This document shows positions 1 through 9,173 of a stretch of 64,000 nt of DNA, in pieces. Below the pieces are notes generated by a model, which worked only from the letters and a program-made list of their open reading frames with translations, made no database searches and was not told the DNA's origin. This stretch comes from an uncultured Syntrophus sp. (lineage in GTDB: Bacteria; Desulfobacterota; Syntrophia; Syntrophales; UBA8958), in assembly GCA_964571695.1 (NCBI GenBank), contig CAZNDG010000003.1:15261-79260 (forward strand). Reading direction: 5' to 3'. Position 1 is the first letter of the stretch. Each line of letters begins with the position of its first letter. The position numbers and the translations under genes are program-made.

Positions 1-820
1 GGAGATAGGCGGAGGAACCGCTGAGGCCGTAGGCGGTGTGATTGGCGATCCCCAGGTCGCTGATCAGGCTGGCCACCTGGTCGGCCTGCCAGGCCGGGGT
101 GGCGGCATCGACGGCTTCCGGCATCTGGTCCCATTGGTAGTTTTTGAACAGAACGGCCTTCAGGGGCTGACCGTTCCAGGTGTAGGAGGCGACACCCTTG
201 GCTGCGGCCGGATAGCGGTGGTATCTCAAGACCTGGGCCAGGGCGGTGTTGACGCAGCCGGTTAGGGCGGCGGCGCCGCTGATGCGGGGAGTGAACTTGT
301 TGAAGGGGTATCCTTGATCCCAGGTGGATTTGATGAGCCAGGTGTCGGGGGTATAGCTCAGGGGCTGACGCGCCGGTTGGTAATTCAGAAGAAAATCCCA
401 TCGGGACTGGGTTTCGCTTGCCGACATTCCCTCCCGGCCGGCGGCGGTCTGGTCCTGAGTCTGGGCGGCCCGGGCGGCGCCCTCCAACTCCTGCCGGAAA
501 TAACGCTGCACCGCCGGCGGCAGATCCTCGAAATTCCTCGTGAAGGAATAGGCCTTAACGGGAGACAGATTCGCGGCCGGGGCGATGAGGATATACCCCC
601 CGCCGGTAAGCCGGACCAGGGCGCCGCTGGCAATGGCGGGCAGCCCGGGATTGAGGCTGTTTTCTTCGAGGACTTCGACGGCGGCGACGAGCTTGTCGCT
701 GTTCCGGAAGGCGAGGAAATTGGCGGCGATTTGTTCGTAGGGGACCGCCGCCAGGGCCGCGGCGCAAAGATGCAGCAACGCGGCAATGATGAAGATAATC
801 TTAACGGCCAGTTTTTTCAT
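1..820 (-). CDS. Secreted peptidase C10 (streptopain/SpeB-like) cysteine protease; 3' end runs off the window
   Basis: Absent from the ORF track because the frame is open at the window edge. The reverse-strand ATG at 820-818 gives MKKLAVKIIFIIAALLHLCAAALA (signal peptide). Downstream come TWDQGYPFNKFTP and LTGCVNTALAQVLRYHRYP, which match the C10 W-x-Q-x-x-P-[YF]-N block and the catalytic-Cys G-C-V-x-T-A-x-A-Q block. The start lies only 37 nt downstream of the GP1 stop. Confidence 0.75.
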   Translation of the reverse strand, partial: MKKLAVKIIFIIAALLHLCAAALAAVPYEQIAANFLAFRNSDKLVAAVEVLEENSLNPGLPAIASGALVRLTGGGYILIAPAANLSPVKAYSFTRNFEDLPPAVQRYFRQELEGAARAAQTQDQTAAGREGMSASETQSRWDFLLNYQPARQPLSYTPDTWLIKSTWDQGYPFNKFTPRISGAAALTGCVNTALAQVLRYHRYPAAAKGVASYTWNGQPLKAVLFKNYQWDQMPEAVDAATPAWQADQVASLISDLGIANHTAYGLSGSSAYL

Positions 821-857
821 GGCCGGGATGTTTTTCTTTCGGACTTGTGAATTCATT

Positions 858-3800
858 CTATTTCACGATCCCCGCCGCCACGCCGTTTATCGTGCCTCCG
901 GTTCCGGATGTCACCTGGTAGCCGCCGGCGGCGGCGCCCGAGAATTTGACGTTCAGGGTCGTGCCGGGGACGTCCGTCCGGTTCAGGGCGCCCCCGCCGT
1001 TCACCGCCGCCCCCCAGTTGCCCGCATTGCCGGCGGGCGCGGTCCATCGCTGCATGTTGAACGAGGCGGTCATGTCGTTGCCCCCGGTGTTGGCGCGGAG
1101 GGTGATCGGGGCGGCGTTCAGGACCGGCGTGTCGATGAATGTCCCCGTGACGCTGTTTGTCCCCCAGATGCGGGGAGCCGCCTCGGTCTGGAAGCGGAGG
1201 AACTGGACGCCGTTCATCTGGATCGACATGTTGTTCCCGTTGCCGGCGAAATCGGCCCGGCCGACTTCCGAACAGGGGATGCGGGTGGCCCTTTCCATCG
1301 CCGCCCGGTCCGCGGCGTTCATGCTGTTGATGCGGGCAAAGAATGTGGCGGCATCCATAAACGCCCCCTGTTGGAAAGCCATCCAGGTCCTGGGGTTGGC
1401 GGGATCGAAGAGCCCGCGGATCTCACCGCCCATGACGGAGATCCGGAGGTTTATCCAGTCCGCCGTGGCGCCGGTGATGATCCCGGAGAAGGAATTCGCC
1501 GGGGGATCCACATTGTCGATACGGGCGCTCAGCAGCGCCGTGTCGCTGCCGCCTTCCGTTGCGGCCGAATATTCCCAGGCCACGGCTTTGCCTGCCCAGG
1601 TGGCGGGATCGCCGTCATATTCCCCGCCCGTGGCGGCGCTCCAGATACCCCAGAGGCCGTCATTCTGCCGGGCGGGATTGATTATGGCGGCGCTGCCCGT
1701 AATGGCGCCCAGCCGCAGGTCGATCTCCGGCGCCGCCTCGCCCCAGGTCAGGGGAGAAAGTCCGGGATCGCTGAATTTTACCAGTTGTCTGGAATTAACG
1801 AAAACATTGGCGGCGAAGTTCTGGGGAGTCAGCTCCGGGCTTATCTTTTGTCCATCCGGGGTCATGACAAAGGCGCTGGTGATAGCGCCGCTTCCCTCCC
1901 AGGCACCGGCGCCGGGATAATAATTGCCGGTGAGATCATAGGACTGGGCATTATCGTCCCAACTGTTCAGGATGCCTATGTTCCTGTCCCTGTCCATATA
2001 CAGGCCGAAGAGGGTGGCCTGCACCCGGTTGGCCTGGTTCACGGCGCCGCCGAGATAGGAGACGTAGGCGCCGCCGATGGGTGCCTCGGAATCGGTGAAT
2101 GGATTGTCCGTCTTCAAGGGGTTGGAGCTGTAAAGGATGCCGCCGAAAAGGAACGGTTTGCCTCCGAGGAAACTGGTGTCGTCAACCAGGAGAAATTCCG
2201 TCCGGCTGATCCGTCCGGCGGCCCAGAGGTCGTCCTGCCCGGCGAAGATACCCTGAAGATTGCTGCGGGAGTTGAAGCCGTACATGCCGTAGCCGACCAC
2301 TTCTCCCTTTGGCGAATAGGCCAGTCCGGTCATGGCCTCGATATAGGCTCCCCGATTGTCGAAGGTGATGTCGTTTTGCGTGAAGGAATATACGCTGGGC
2401 TGGGCATCAGTCCAGACGGTCTTGATGGTCTGGCTGTAATAGGTCATGTTCTCCTCGTTTGGACCGCTGGCGTTGAAAGACGTGCTCACCGCCTCCCGCA
2501 GCGAAGGATTGGCGTAGCTGCTCCATCCGTAACGACTGCCGTCCCGCCGGTCCCGATCGTTATAGCCGAAGGAGTAGAACTCTCCGTTGCCGTAGTCACG
2601 GTACCCGGATATCTCGTGATCCAGGACGGCGCTGGTTCCGTCGATACGGCTGGCAAAGGTTAGGCTCCCGGTCGTTTCCTTCCGCCAGACGCCGCCGGAG
2701 ACGGCCTGCCAGGTCCCCTCCGTTCCCCCGGCCGCATCGGGCCGGTACGACCCCACCATCTCTCCGGTGATGGTTCCCGCCTTCGTCAGGGTGAGAAACC
2801 GGCCGGAGATGCCGCCGCTTATAAATCCGTTCTGCCAGAGACCGTTGTTTATGCCGGCGAACCATACACCGCTGTCCGGATAGGTGACGGGAATCTCCGT
2901 GGCGGTCGTATAAGACCCGAAGGAGCCCAGACCGGAAAGATTCATGGCCCAGGCGTCGGCCTGGTCCGGATTGCGGTAACGATTCATCACCTCGTGATTC
3001 AACTGGAAGATGCCGTAATCGGGAAGCCCCTTGATGTTCAGGGTCCATCCGGGGGCATCGTAACCGGTCAGGACGCCGGACGTCGATTCGGAGCCCAGAA
3101 AATAGCCCTCCCGGGAACCCAACTCCACGGAGGCCCCCATATAACCGCCCTGCAGGTTGACCCAGTTGCCGTTGCTCAGGCGGTTGAGAAGTTTGTCGGG
3201 GGTAAAGGGAAGCGCGGCGCCCCGGTAGAATGGCTCTTCCCGGTAAAGGCGTCCCGTGGCCTCCCACATGCCAAGATCCCCGGAAACGGTGCCGGCGAAA
3301 ATACCGCCCCGGAGGAAACCCGCCTCGGTGCCCGTGGGATTGACATAAAGGCCGTAGATGACACCGTTCAGGTTGTTTACCGAACCGGCCCCGCCTTCCG
3401 TGGCGACGGCGCCCATAAGATTCAGATAGTAGGCGTCGCCATCCGGGGTGGTCCTCTTCTGCGACGCGGCGTCGTAACTGAGCAGGCGGGCATTGAAAAC
3501 CGCCGCGCCGGTGTAGTTGCCCATTTGGCCCAAAAAGTACAGATCGGCCTGGTTGTCCATCGTGGTATCTTTCAGGCTGGCTGCACCCGCCATGAGGCCG
3601 GAGAAATCCGCCGCCCGGACCACGCTGTAAACGTCGTTGGACCAGGGCTGGTCGTCCCCGGCGAAGGAGCGGACATAAACATCCGCCGGGGAGGGGTCGA
3701 GGGGAGCGGCCGGATGGTATATGGAGCCCGCCGGCAGATTGCGGGAGACCGGATCGTAGTAAGGGGCGGTGCCGGCGAGATTGGGAACGGGCAAGAGTTT

Positions 3801-6800
3801 CTTCATCCCGCCGCGGCTCAGCATCCAAACCTTGCCGGCGCCGGCCCGATAGGCCAAATAGGAACCGTCGGGCCGGTAGATCCAGGAGTCGCGGTACCGG
3901 CCGCCCAGAGCGTCGTCGTAAGCCTCGATCCGTTCCTGCTGGAACCCCTCGGGAAGGCTGCCGCCGTCCCGGACGAAATAGTCGTATTCATATTGACTTT
4001 TCCAGAAGCTGTCCTGGCCGGGGATGGTGGCGACCGTCTGCATCCGGGTATAGACGCCGTGATGGATCCGTCCTTTTACCGATTGATAGATGCCGCTTGT
4101 GTCCGTCAGGGTGTATTGATCTGTCTCGCCGGAGAAGCTGCTGCTGAAGTACATGGGGGTCCGTGTGTAGGAGCCGATACCCGTGGCCTGCCAGGCCGTA
4201 TCACCGGCGGCGGCATTGGCGACGGCGCCGGAAAGTTCGTAGCGGGCCAGATTGGTCAGGGCAGAGCCGCTGAATATCCCGCTCGTCCCCGGATTGGTCT
4301 GGCCCAGGCCCGCCAACTGCCCTTTCCATAAGCCCTCCTCGGTGAGGTCCGTTGTATTGTGGAACTTGCCTCCCAGGGAAAGGTCCGCGGTTGCCGTGGC
4401 GGTGGCATCGTAGGTTCCACCAAAGGCGGCATTCCAGATCCCCCAGTTGTTCTGGTCGTTTATCCTCATCGCATAGCCGTCCACGACGACGTCCTTGACC
4501 GTTTTGCCGAGGAAGAGCCCGCTGCTCCGGGCAGCCTGAAAATCGTTGACGACGAGGGATGTCAACAGGTTTGCCGGCGACACCGTCGTTGCCTGCTCTT
4601 CCCGGCCGCCGAGCAGGGACAGGTTATCCTGCCACAGGTTGGCGTTTCCGCCGTAGTAGGCGCCGGAGATGACTCCCCCCGTCATGCCTTCCAGATAACC
4701 GGCCTTGTTGCCGGCGGTGACATAAAGGATCAGCGCCTGACTCGCAAGGGTGTTGTCCTGCCATCCTCCGGTCAGATAGCCGCGGAAAGCCCCTCCGTCC
4801 ACGGCTGTTCCGGCAATGTTGCCGCCGCCGGTTCCATAACGGAGCAGGGAGGGCTGATTGCCGGCGTTTTGGACATAACTGCCCATCATCGTAAGGGATG
4901 CCTGGGAGTTCCACTCGGTGGAAGCACTGCCGAGAAGCCCGGCAAGAGTGCCTCCGGTGATGAAAGAGGCGCCGTCGAAGTGTTGCATGGATCCCGACAT
5001 GATGCCCTTCATGGTCAGGGGCGCCAGATCGTAGGTGCCTACCCCGACACTGTCGTACGATGCGGCGACCAGAGGTTGATTGCCCGTGGGGTAACTCCCG
5101 GCGTATCTCAACGTCATGGTCCCCAGGTAGTCGGCGTCGAGATACCGGAATCCCGACGGCACGGCTTCCTGAATCGTCACATGCCCCTGGCCGTCGTCCG
5201 TCCCGGTGAGGTCGCCCATGACGACGAAGACCCGACCGTTGACCGGGGTGAGGTTGTAGGCGCCGTACATTGCCGTCCAGGTGGCGGGCATCCCGCCGCT
5301 GTAATAACCGCCGCCGGCGGGATGATAACCCCACATCCCGAGGATGCCGCCGTCGGTGCGCCGGTAACCCCGGACCTGGCCGGTTACGGTTTCGGTGGCG
5401 AGACCGCCGGCGGGATCGACATCGCGGAAATAGGGAAGGGAGATGTCCGCAAAGGTCTGGAACGACCCGGAGGCGGTATATGGCGTCCAGATGCGGGTTA
5501 CCGTACCGTCGCCGTTGAGGACGCCTTCGTTGAAGGTGCCGGTGAGGCTGCCCGTGAGGTAGCCAAGCTTCCCCTCCTTGTTTGCCAGGCCGTTGTACAG
5601 ACCCCGCCACGATCCCACGATTACCGCCAGATCGGCATTCGAGACCGCGCCGTCGCTCATCGTTCCGCTTAGCGGGGTTACGGTTGTGGCAAGCGATGGA
5701 CCGGTGGCGGCGAGACTAAGGTTTCCCGTACCGGTGGATTCGTTGATCTTTCCCGAGAGAGTGCCGTTTAGATCACCGATGGCGACACTGTTCGTGAAAG
5801 AAGTGCCGCTGCTGATGGACCACTTGTACGATTGCGTGGCCGAGGCATTGCCCACCGAGTCAACGCCCACGTAATCCAGGACATTGATGCCGTCGGGAAG
5901 GCCGCTCAGGGAGATGCTGGGAGAACTGCTGCTGTTCCAGGTCCCGCCGTTGATCCGGTAGGTGTAGGTTGCCGGTTCGTTGGCGGAAAAACCGAAGGTG
6001 GCGGTATTGGTGTCCGCGGTTCCCGGAGGAAATGAAGTCAGCATGACCTGGGGGGGGGTGGTGTCCCTTTGAATGATAGGCTCCACGATGATCGGTTGCG
6101 TCGGGTTGACCGGCGGCGAAACGACCGGGGTGACCGGTGGCGCGACCGGTTCCGTGAACTGCGTCCCGGAGGCCGGTGGGGCGGGAGGCGGCAACTCCGT
6201 GGACGTGGCGGTTCCTGCCGTTTGCTGCGGGGTTGTGGTACCGGTCGTCGTCCCGGTTCCGGTTGTGTCGCCCGTAGCGGTTCCTGTTGACGTTCCTGCT
6301 CCCGTACCGCCGGTGGTTCCGGCGGGTTGTTGCGTCTCGCTGCCTTTGGTTTCCTGCGGTTTTGTTTCCTCCGTCTTGGTCTGTTGCGGAGGCTTTTCAT
6401 CCTTAGGTTTTTCGGTTTTCGCCTCTTCCTTTTTCTCTTCTTTCTTCTCCTCCTGCTTGCCCTGGTCGCCTTCCGGTTTCTGGGCGCCCTCAGGTGATTT
6501 CGCCTCCTCCTTCTTTTCCTGTTTTTCCTCCTTGCCTTTTTCCGTGGGGGTGGTGTCTTTGGCGTGTTTGTCGATCTCCACCGATGTCGCCGGCCGTAGC
6601 GTCGGAGAGCGGTCGGGGGCCGTCACCACCATGGCCTGTCCGGCATTGATGGTGACGACCTGGGTGGGCATCTTGACGTTGTAGCCATAGCCGCTGCCCC
6701 GCTGGAAGGCGAAGCCGCTCTGGCCGTTCTGGAAGTAGGCGAAGAACATGGTGCCGCGGACACCGCAGATGGCGGTGGGGGTATGGATTTCGAAGGTACC

Positions 6801-7157
6801 TTTTTTCTGGAGCTTGTCAACCACCGCCTGGGTTTTGCCCCGGAACAGATTGAAATAACTTTTCCTTCCCTCTTCCGGCTGATACTGGGAAACCCGCAGA
6901 CGGGTGTTTTCCGCCAGGCGGAGGATATTGCCGTCCAGGAATTTTATTTCCGCCTTGGACTTGCTCTTCGATCTCAGGATGTCGCCTACGCTGACCTGGT
7001 CGCCCACGCGGACATCCCGGGTCTGGCCGCCGGCGGTCAAATCGACCCTGCCTTCCAGGGCGGTTATCGTCCCCACCGGCGCCGCCTGAACTGCCGCCAA
7101 TGGCAGCAAGACGAAGGCAAATATTAGCAATAACGCCAAGTTGAGTTTTCTATTCAT
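858..7157 (-). CDS. Giant secreted protein GP1 (2099 aa): signal peptide, FecR domain, K/E-rich and T/G/P-rich linkers, Ig-like domain, G/Y/W-rich super-repeats, conserved C-terminal domain
   Basis: ORF-track frame. N-terminus MNRKLNLALLLIFAFVLLPLAAVQA/APVG is an SPase I-type signal. A FecR-like block follows (GRVDLTAGGQ..VGDQVSVGDILRSKSKSKAEIKFLDGNILRLAENTRL..IHTPTAICGVRGTMF). Then come KEEKQEKKEEAK.. and TGTGTTTGTTT.. low-complexity stretches and a DTTPPQV..TYTYRINGG..SYKWSI Ig-like segment. Repeats carry the motifs WGIW, DGGA[FY].GYL and G.AG[YF]L. Both termini are paralogous to the protein at 15750..25736. Confidence 0.85.
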   Translation of the reverse strand: MNRKLNLALLLIFAFVLLPLAAVQAAPVGTITALEGRVDLTAGGQTRDVRVGDQVSVGDILRSKSKSKAEIKFLDGNILRLAENTRLRVSQYQPEEGRKSYFNLFRGKTQAVVDKLQKKGTFEIHTPTAICGVRGTMFFAYFQNGQSGFAFQRGSGYGYNVKMPTQVVTINAGQAMVVTAPDRSPTLRPATSVEIDKHAKDTTPTEKGKEEKQEKKEEAKSPEGAQKPEGDQGKQEEKKEEKKEEAKTEKPKDEKPPQQTKTEETKPQETKGSETQQPAGTTGGTGAGTSTGTATGDTTGTGTTTGTTTPQQTAGTATSTELPPPAPPASGTQFTEPVAPPVTPVVSPPVNPTQPIIVEPIIQRDTTPPQVMLTSFPPGTADTNTATFGFSANEPATYTYRINGGTWNSSSSPSISLSGLPDGINVLDYVGVDSVGNASATQSYKWSISSGTSFTNSVAIGDLNGTLSGKINESTGTGNLSLAATGPSLATTVTPLSGTMSDGAVSNADLAVIVGSWRGLYNGLANKEGKLGYLTGSLTGTFNEGVLNGDGTVTRIWTPYTASGSFQTFADISLPYFRDVDPAGGLATETVTGQVRGYRRTDGGILGMWGYHPAGGGYYSGGMPATWTAMYGAYNLTPVNGRVFVVMGDLTGTDDGQGHVTIQEAVPSGFRYLDADYLGTMTLRYAGSYPTGNQPLVAASYDSVGVGTYDLAPLTMKGIMSGSMQHFDGASFITGGTLAGLLGSASTEWNSQASLTMMGSYVQNAGNQPSLLRYGTGGGNIAGTAVDGGAFRGYLTGGWQDNTLASQALILYVTAGNKAGYLEGMTGGVISGAYYGGNANLWQDNLSLLGGREEQATTVSPANLLTSLVVNDFQAARSSGLFLGKTVKDVVVDGYAMRINDQNNWGIWNAAFGGTYDATATATADLSLGGKFHNTTDLTEEGLWKGQLAGLGQTNPGTSGIFSGSALTNLARYELSGAVANAAAGDTAWQATGIGSYTRTPMYFSSSFSGETDQYTLTDTSGIYQSVKGRIHHGVYTRMQTVATIPGQDSFWKSQYEYDYFVRDGGSLPEGFQQERIEAYDDALGGRYRDSWIYRPDGSYLAYRAGAGKVWMLSRGGMKKLLPVPNLAGTAPYYDPVSRNLPAGSIYHPAAPLDPSPADVYVRSFAGDDQPWSNDVYSVVRAADFSGLMAGAASLKDTTMDNQADLYFLGQMGNYTGAAVFNARLLSYDAASQKRTTPDGDAYYLNLMGAVATEGGAGSVNNLNGVIYGLYVNPTGTEAGFLRGGIFAGTVSGDLGMWEATGRLYREEPFYRGAALPFTPDKLLNRLSNGNWVNLQGGYMGASVELGSREGYFLGSESTSGVLTGYDAPGWTLNIKGLPDYGIFQLNHEVMNRYRNPDQADAWAMNLSGLGSFGSYTTATEIPVTYPDSGVWFAGINNGLWQNGFISGGISGRFLTLTKAGTITGEMVGSYRPDAAGGTEGTWQAVSGGVWRKETTGSLTFASRIDGTSAVLDHEISGYRDYGNGEFYSFGYNDRDRRDGSRYGWSSYANPSLREAVSTSFNASGPNEENMTYYSQTIKTVWTDAQPSVYSFTQNDITFDNRGAYIEAMTGLAYSPKGEVVGYGMYGFNSRSNLQGIFAGQDDLWAAGRISRTEFLLVDDTSFLGGKPFLFGGILYSSNPLKTDNPFTDSEAPIGGAYVSYLGGAVNQANRVQATLFGLYMDRDRNIGILNSWDDNAQSYDLTGNYYPGAGAWEGSGAITSAFVMTPDGQKISPELTPQNFAANVFVNSRQLVKFSDPGLSPLTWGEAAPEIDLRLGAITGSAAIINPARQNDGLWGIWSAATGGEYDGDPATWAGKAVAWEYSAATEGGSDTALLSARIDNVDPPANSFSGIITGATADWINLRISVMGGEIRGLFDPANPRTWMAFQQGAFMDAATFFARINSMNAADRAAMERATRIPCSEVGRADFAGNGNNMSIQMNGVQFLRFQTEAAPRIWGTNSVTGTFIDTPVLNAAPITLRANTGGNDMTASFNMQRWTAPAGNAGNWGAAVNGGGALNRTDVPGTTLNVKFSGAAAGGYQVTSGTGGTINGVAAGIVK

Positions 7158-7226
7158 GGTGATACCCCCTGCAATACCGGTTAAACAGTCTATCGGACTC
7201 CGTATGTCGTTTTTTCCCTTACCTTG

Positions 7227-7254
7227 ATTATAATGATTATTTCTTTTTGTTCAA
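7227..7254 (-). promoter_or_regulatory. Sigma70-type promoter for GP1 (-35 TTGAAC, 16-nt spacer, -10 TATAAT on the minus strand)
   Basis: The reverse complement reads ttgaac-aaaaagaaataatcat-tataat, about 70 nt upstream of the GP1 ATG (7157). It lies in the 154-bp gap between the OMP1 stop and the GP1 start. Confidence 0.5.
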
Positions 7255-7263
7255 TAGCTTGCG

Positions 7264-7279
7264 TGTGACCGAGATCACA
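7264..7279. promoter_or_regulatory. Perfect CRP/FNR-family-type palindrome TGTGA-N6-TCACA (site 1 upstream of GP1)
   Basis: The sequence is tgtgaccgagatcaca, immediately upstream of the predicted GP1 promoter. Confidence 0.5.
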
Positions 7280-7286
7280 GTCCGGG

Positions 7287-7302
7287 TGTGATTTTGGTCA
7301 CA
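7287..7302. promoter_or_regulatory. Perfect CRP/FNR-family-type palindrome TGTGA-N6-TCACA (site 2 upstream of GP1)
   Basis: The sequence is tgtgattttggtcaca. Its centre is 23 bp from the centre of site 1. Confidence 0.5.
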
Positions 7303-7311
7303 CTTTCCGGG

Positions 7312-8928
7312 TCAGAACCGCAATTCACAGCCGACGGAATACAGACTTCGATCGTAGTCATAGGCGTAGATGTTGGAATTGGCCCGGGTTCCCGCATACT
7401 GTAACAGGAGACTCAGATAACGTTTCAGGTCCCAGGTCAGGCCGATGGTGCCGGTGTAGATCTGATCGTTCCGTTTGGTGTTGTTGTAGTTGGTGTTTTC
7501 ATAGCGGTAATTCTGGAAATATGCGTCGCCGCTGATTTGGAGTTTCAGTCTGTTCCAGAGGGGATAGATGAGGTTGGCGGTGAGGCGATAGCCCTGATTG
7601 TCATAAAATATGCCGTCGGTATTGTTGATGGTGTAGCCGAACTTGAGATTCAGTATCCCGGCCGGGGCGAAGAGCCACATCCAGCTTACGTAGCTGTCCA
7701 GGCCGGTTCCGCTCATGTCGTTCAATTCCGGGTTGGCGACGGTCTTGAAATTGTTGTTTTTTGCATAGGCTCCCGACAACTCGACGATCTGGTTGGCGGT
7801 GGGCAGGAAACGCAGCAGCGGCCCGACGGTGAAATTTTCCGAATAACGGCGGTAGCCGCCGCCGTTGTTTTCGTAATCCCCCCGCTTGGCGACGAAGGTG
7901 TAGTTGGCGTTCAGATTGAGGGCGAAGGCGCCGAAATTGTAACCCGGCGCGGCGGAAAAGGAATTGGCGTAAATGTCGTAGGTGGTGGAGTTTTTCTCGT
8001 GGACGTTGCTCAGGGCCGTGAAGCCGGCATTGAACAGCCAGTTGCCGGGAAGGATGGGGATGAAGTCCGCCCGGGCGGTGGACATCAGGCCGAAACTCTT
8101 CTGATTGCTCTCGTTGACATAATTGTTGGAACTCTGGACCTGCGGCGAGGTGTCCGGGTAATATAGAAAAGGTTCCTGAAGCATATTGGTGTCGTACTGG
8201 CCCAGGGCGGTCAGGGTGAGTCGCACCGGCCGTTGGAGGAAACTCTGTTCTTCCACGATGTCCTGGTAGCGCCGGGCAAAGGCGCCGAGATCGGACAGAG
8301 GGTCCTGGGTGACGGCGGCCTGAAATCGTTCCCGGGCCTTGGAGAATTTCCGGTCCCCCATGAGGGCGATGCCGATTTGAAAATCCGCCGCCTGGGCATA
8401 GTTTTTGTCCAGGGACTTGGCCTTATCGAAGGAGGTGATCGCCTCGGAAAATTTTCCCTTGCGGGACAGGATCATTCCTTTCAGAAAGGCGACCTTCGCC
8501 GGGTAGATATCGTTCTTTTCCGCCACGGCGACCCAGTTTTCCGCCTCCTCGATTCTCTCCACCTGGATGAGCGCGTCGATGAGTTCCACCACCGCTTCCT
8601 TGACCGCGGGCTTCAGCGTGGCGGCGTCCGTGAACTGCGGGATTGCCTGTTGCGGTTCGTTGGTCTGCTTGTAGCAGAGCCCCAGGAAAAATGCGGCGGT
8701 GGACGAGGAGGGGTTACGGCGGCGAACCTCGGTGAGGATCTCCACGGCCTCCTCGTAGTTCTCGTTTTGGTACTGGCGCACGCCTTCTTCGATCATGGCC
8801 TTCACTTTATCCGTTTCCGCCGGCATCCCCCGGGCCTGTTCGGTATCGAATATGATGATCACGCTCATCAGGAAAAAGAAGAACACAAGGAAAACATTCA
8901 TAAATTTGATTTTTTCCCCCATATACAC
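7312..8928 (-). CDS. OMP1: N-terminal TPR-repeat domain + C-terminal outer-membrane beta-barrel protein (538 aa), candidate Slam/DUF560-like
   Basis: There is an N-terminal hydrophobic segment (FLVFFFFLMSVIIIF). TPR-like helical repeats follow (NYEEAVEILTEV.., GKFSEAITSFDKAKSLDKNYAQA..). About 300 aa of alternating Y/N/G-rich strands then begin at GQYDTNMLQEP and end in YSVGCELRF, a terminal aromatic residue as in a BAM beta-signal. The protein aligns along its full length with 14162..15718. Confidence 0.75.
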   Translation of the reverse strand: MYMGEKIKFMNVFLVFFFFLMSVIIIFDTEQARGMPAETDKVKAMIEEGVRQYQNENYEEAVEILTEVRRRNPSSSTAAFFLGLCYKQTNEPQQAIPQFTDAATLKPAVKEAVVELIDALIQVERIEEAENWVAVAEKNDIYPAKVAFLKGMILSRKGKFSEAITSFDKAKSLDKNYAQAADFQIGIALMGDRKFSKARERFQAAVTQDPLSDLGAFARRYQDIVEEQSFLQRPVRLTLTALGQYDTNMLQEPFLYYPDTSPQVQSSNNYVNESNQKSFGLMSTARADFIPILPGNWLFNAGFTALSNVHEKNSTTYDIYANSFSAAPGYNFGAFALNLNANYTFVAKRGDYENNGGGYRRYSENFTVGPLLRFLPTANQIVELSGAYAKNNNFKTVANPELNDMSGTGLDSYVSWMWLFAPAGILNLKFGYTINNTDGIFYDNQGYRLTANLIYPLWNRLKLQISGDAYFQNYRYENTNYNNTKRNDQIYTGTIGLTWDLKRYLSLLLQYAGTRANSNIYAYDYDRSLYSVGCELRF

Positions 8929-9114
8929 GACCCTTCTTTCCTCGGAGATGATAGGTGTATATATCTATAGGGAACATTACGGGAAAAGACAACTCTTTTA
9001 TGCCCTGCTATGAAGTCTTGCCAACGGCGGCCGGGAAGGGGAATCACAATGTTCATAAACAGTTCTCCCACTGGTGGCGGCAGGAAGGGGTTTTTTGTTT
9101 GACTTGCCCGGGGA

Positions 9115-9143
9115 TTTACATTATGACTTTCCACCCTTATAAT
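9115..9143 (+). promoter_or_regulatory. Sigma70-type promoter for the ole-like operon (-35 TTTACA, 17-nt spacer, -10 TATAAT)
   Basis: tttaca lies at 9115-9120 and tataat at 9138-9143, about 30 nt upstream of the GTG start at 9174. Confidence 0.45.
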
Positions 9144-9173
9144 TATCAAGATCAGTCAGGTGATTATTGACCG

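Noticed and set aside
786-5672. Long plus-strand ORFs inside the GP1 locus (786..2663 at 625 aa, 946..1920, 2994..4331, 4359..5672) and minus-strand off-frame ORFs (2596..3828, 4624..5610)
   Set aside because: They are antisense or off-frame shadows typical of high-GC DNA. Their translations are G/R/P/A/V-rich with no domain logic. The 2099-aa minus-strand frame has a signal peptide, a FecR domain and a paralog elsewhere in the window.
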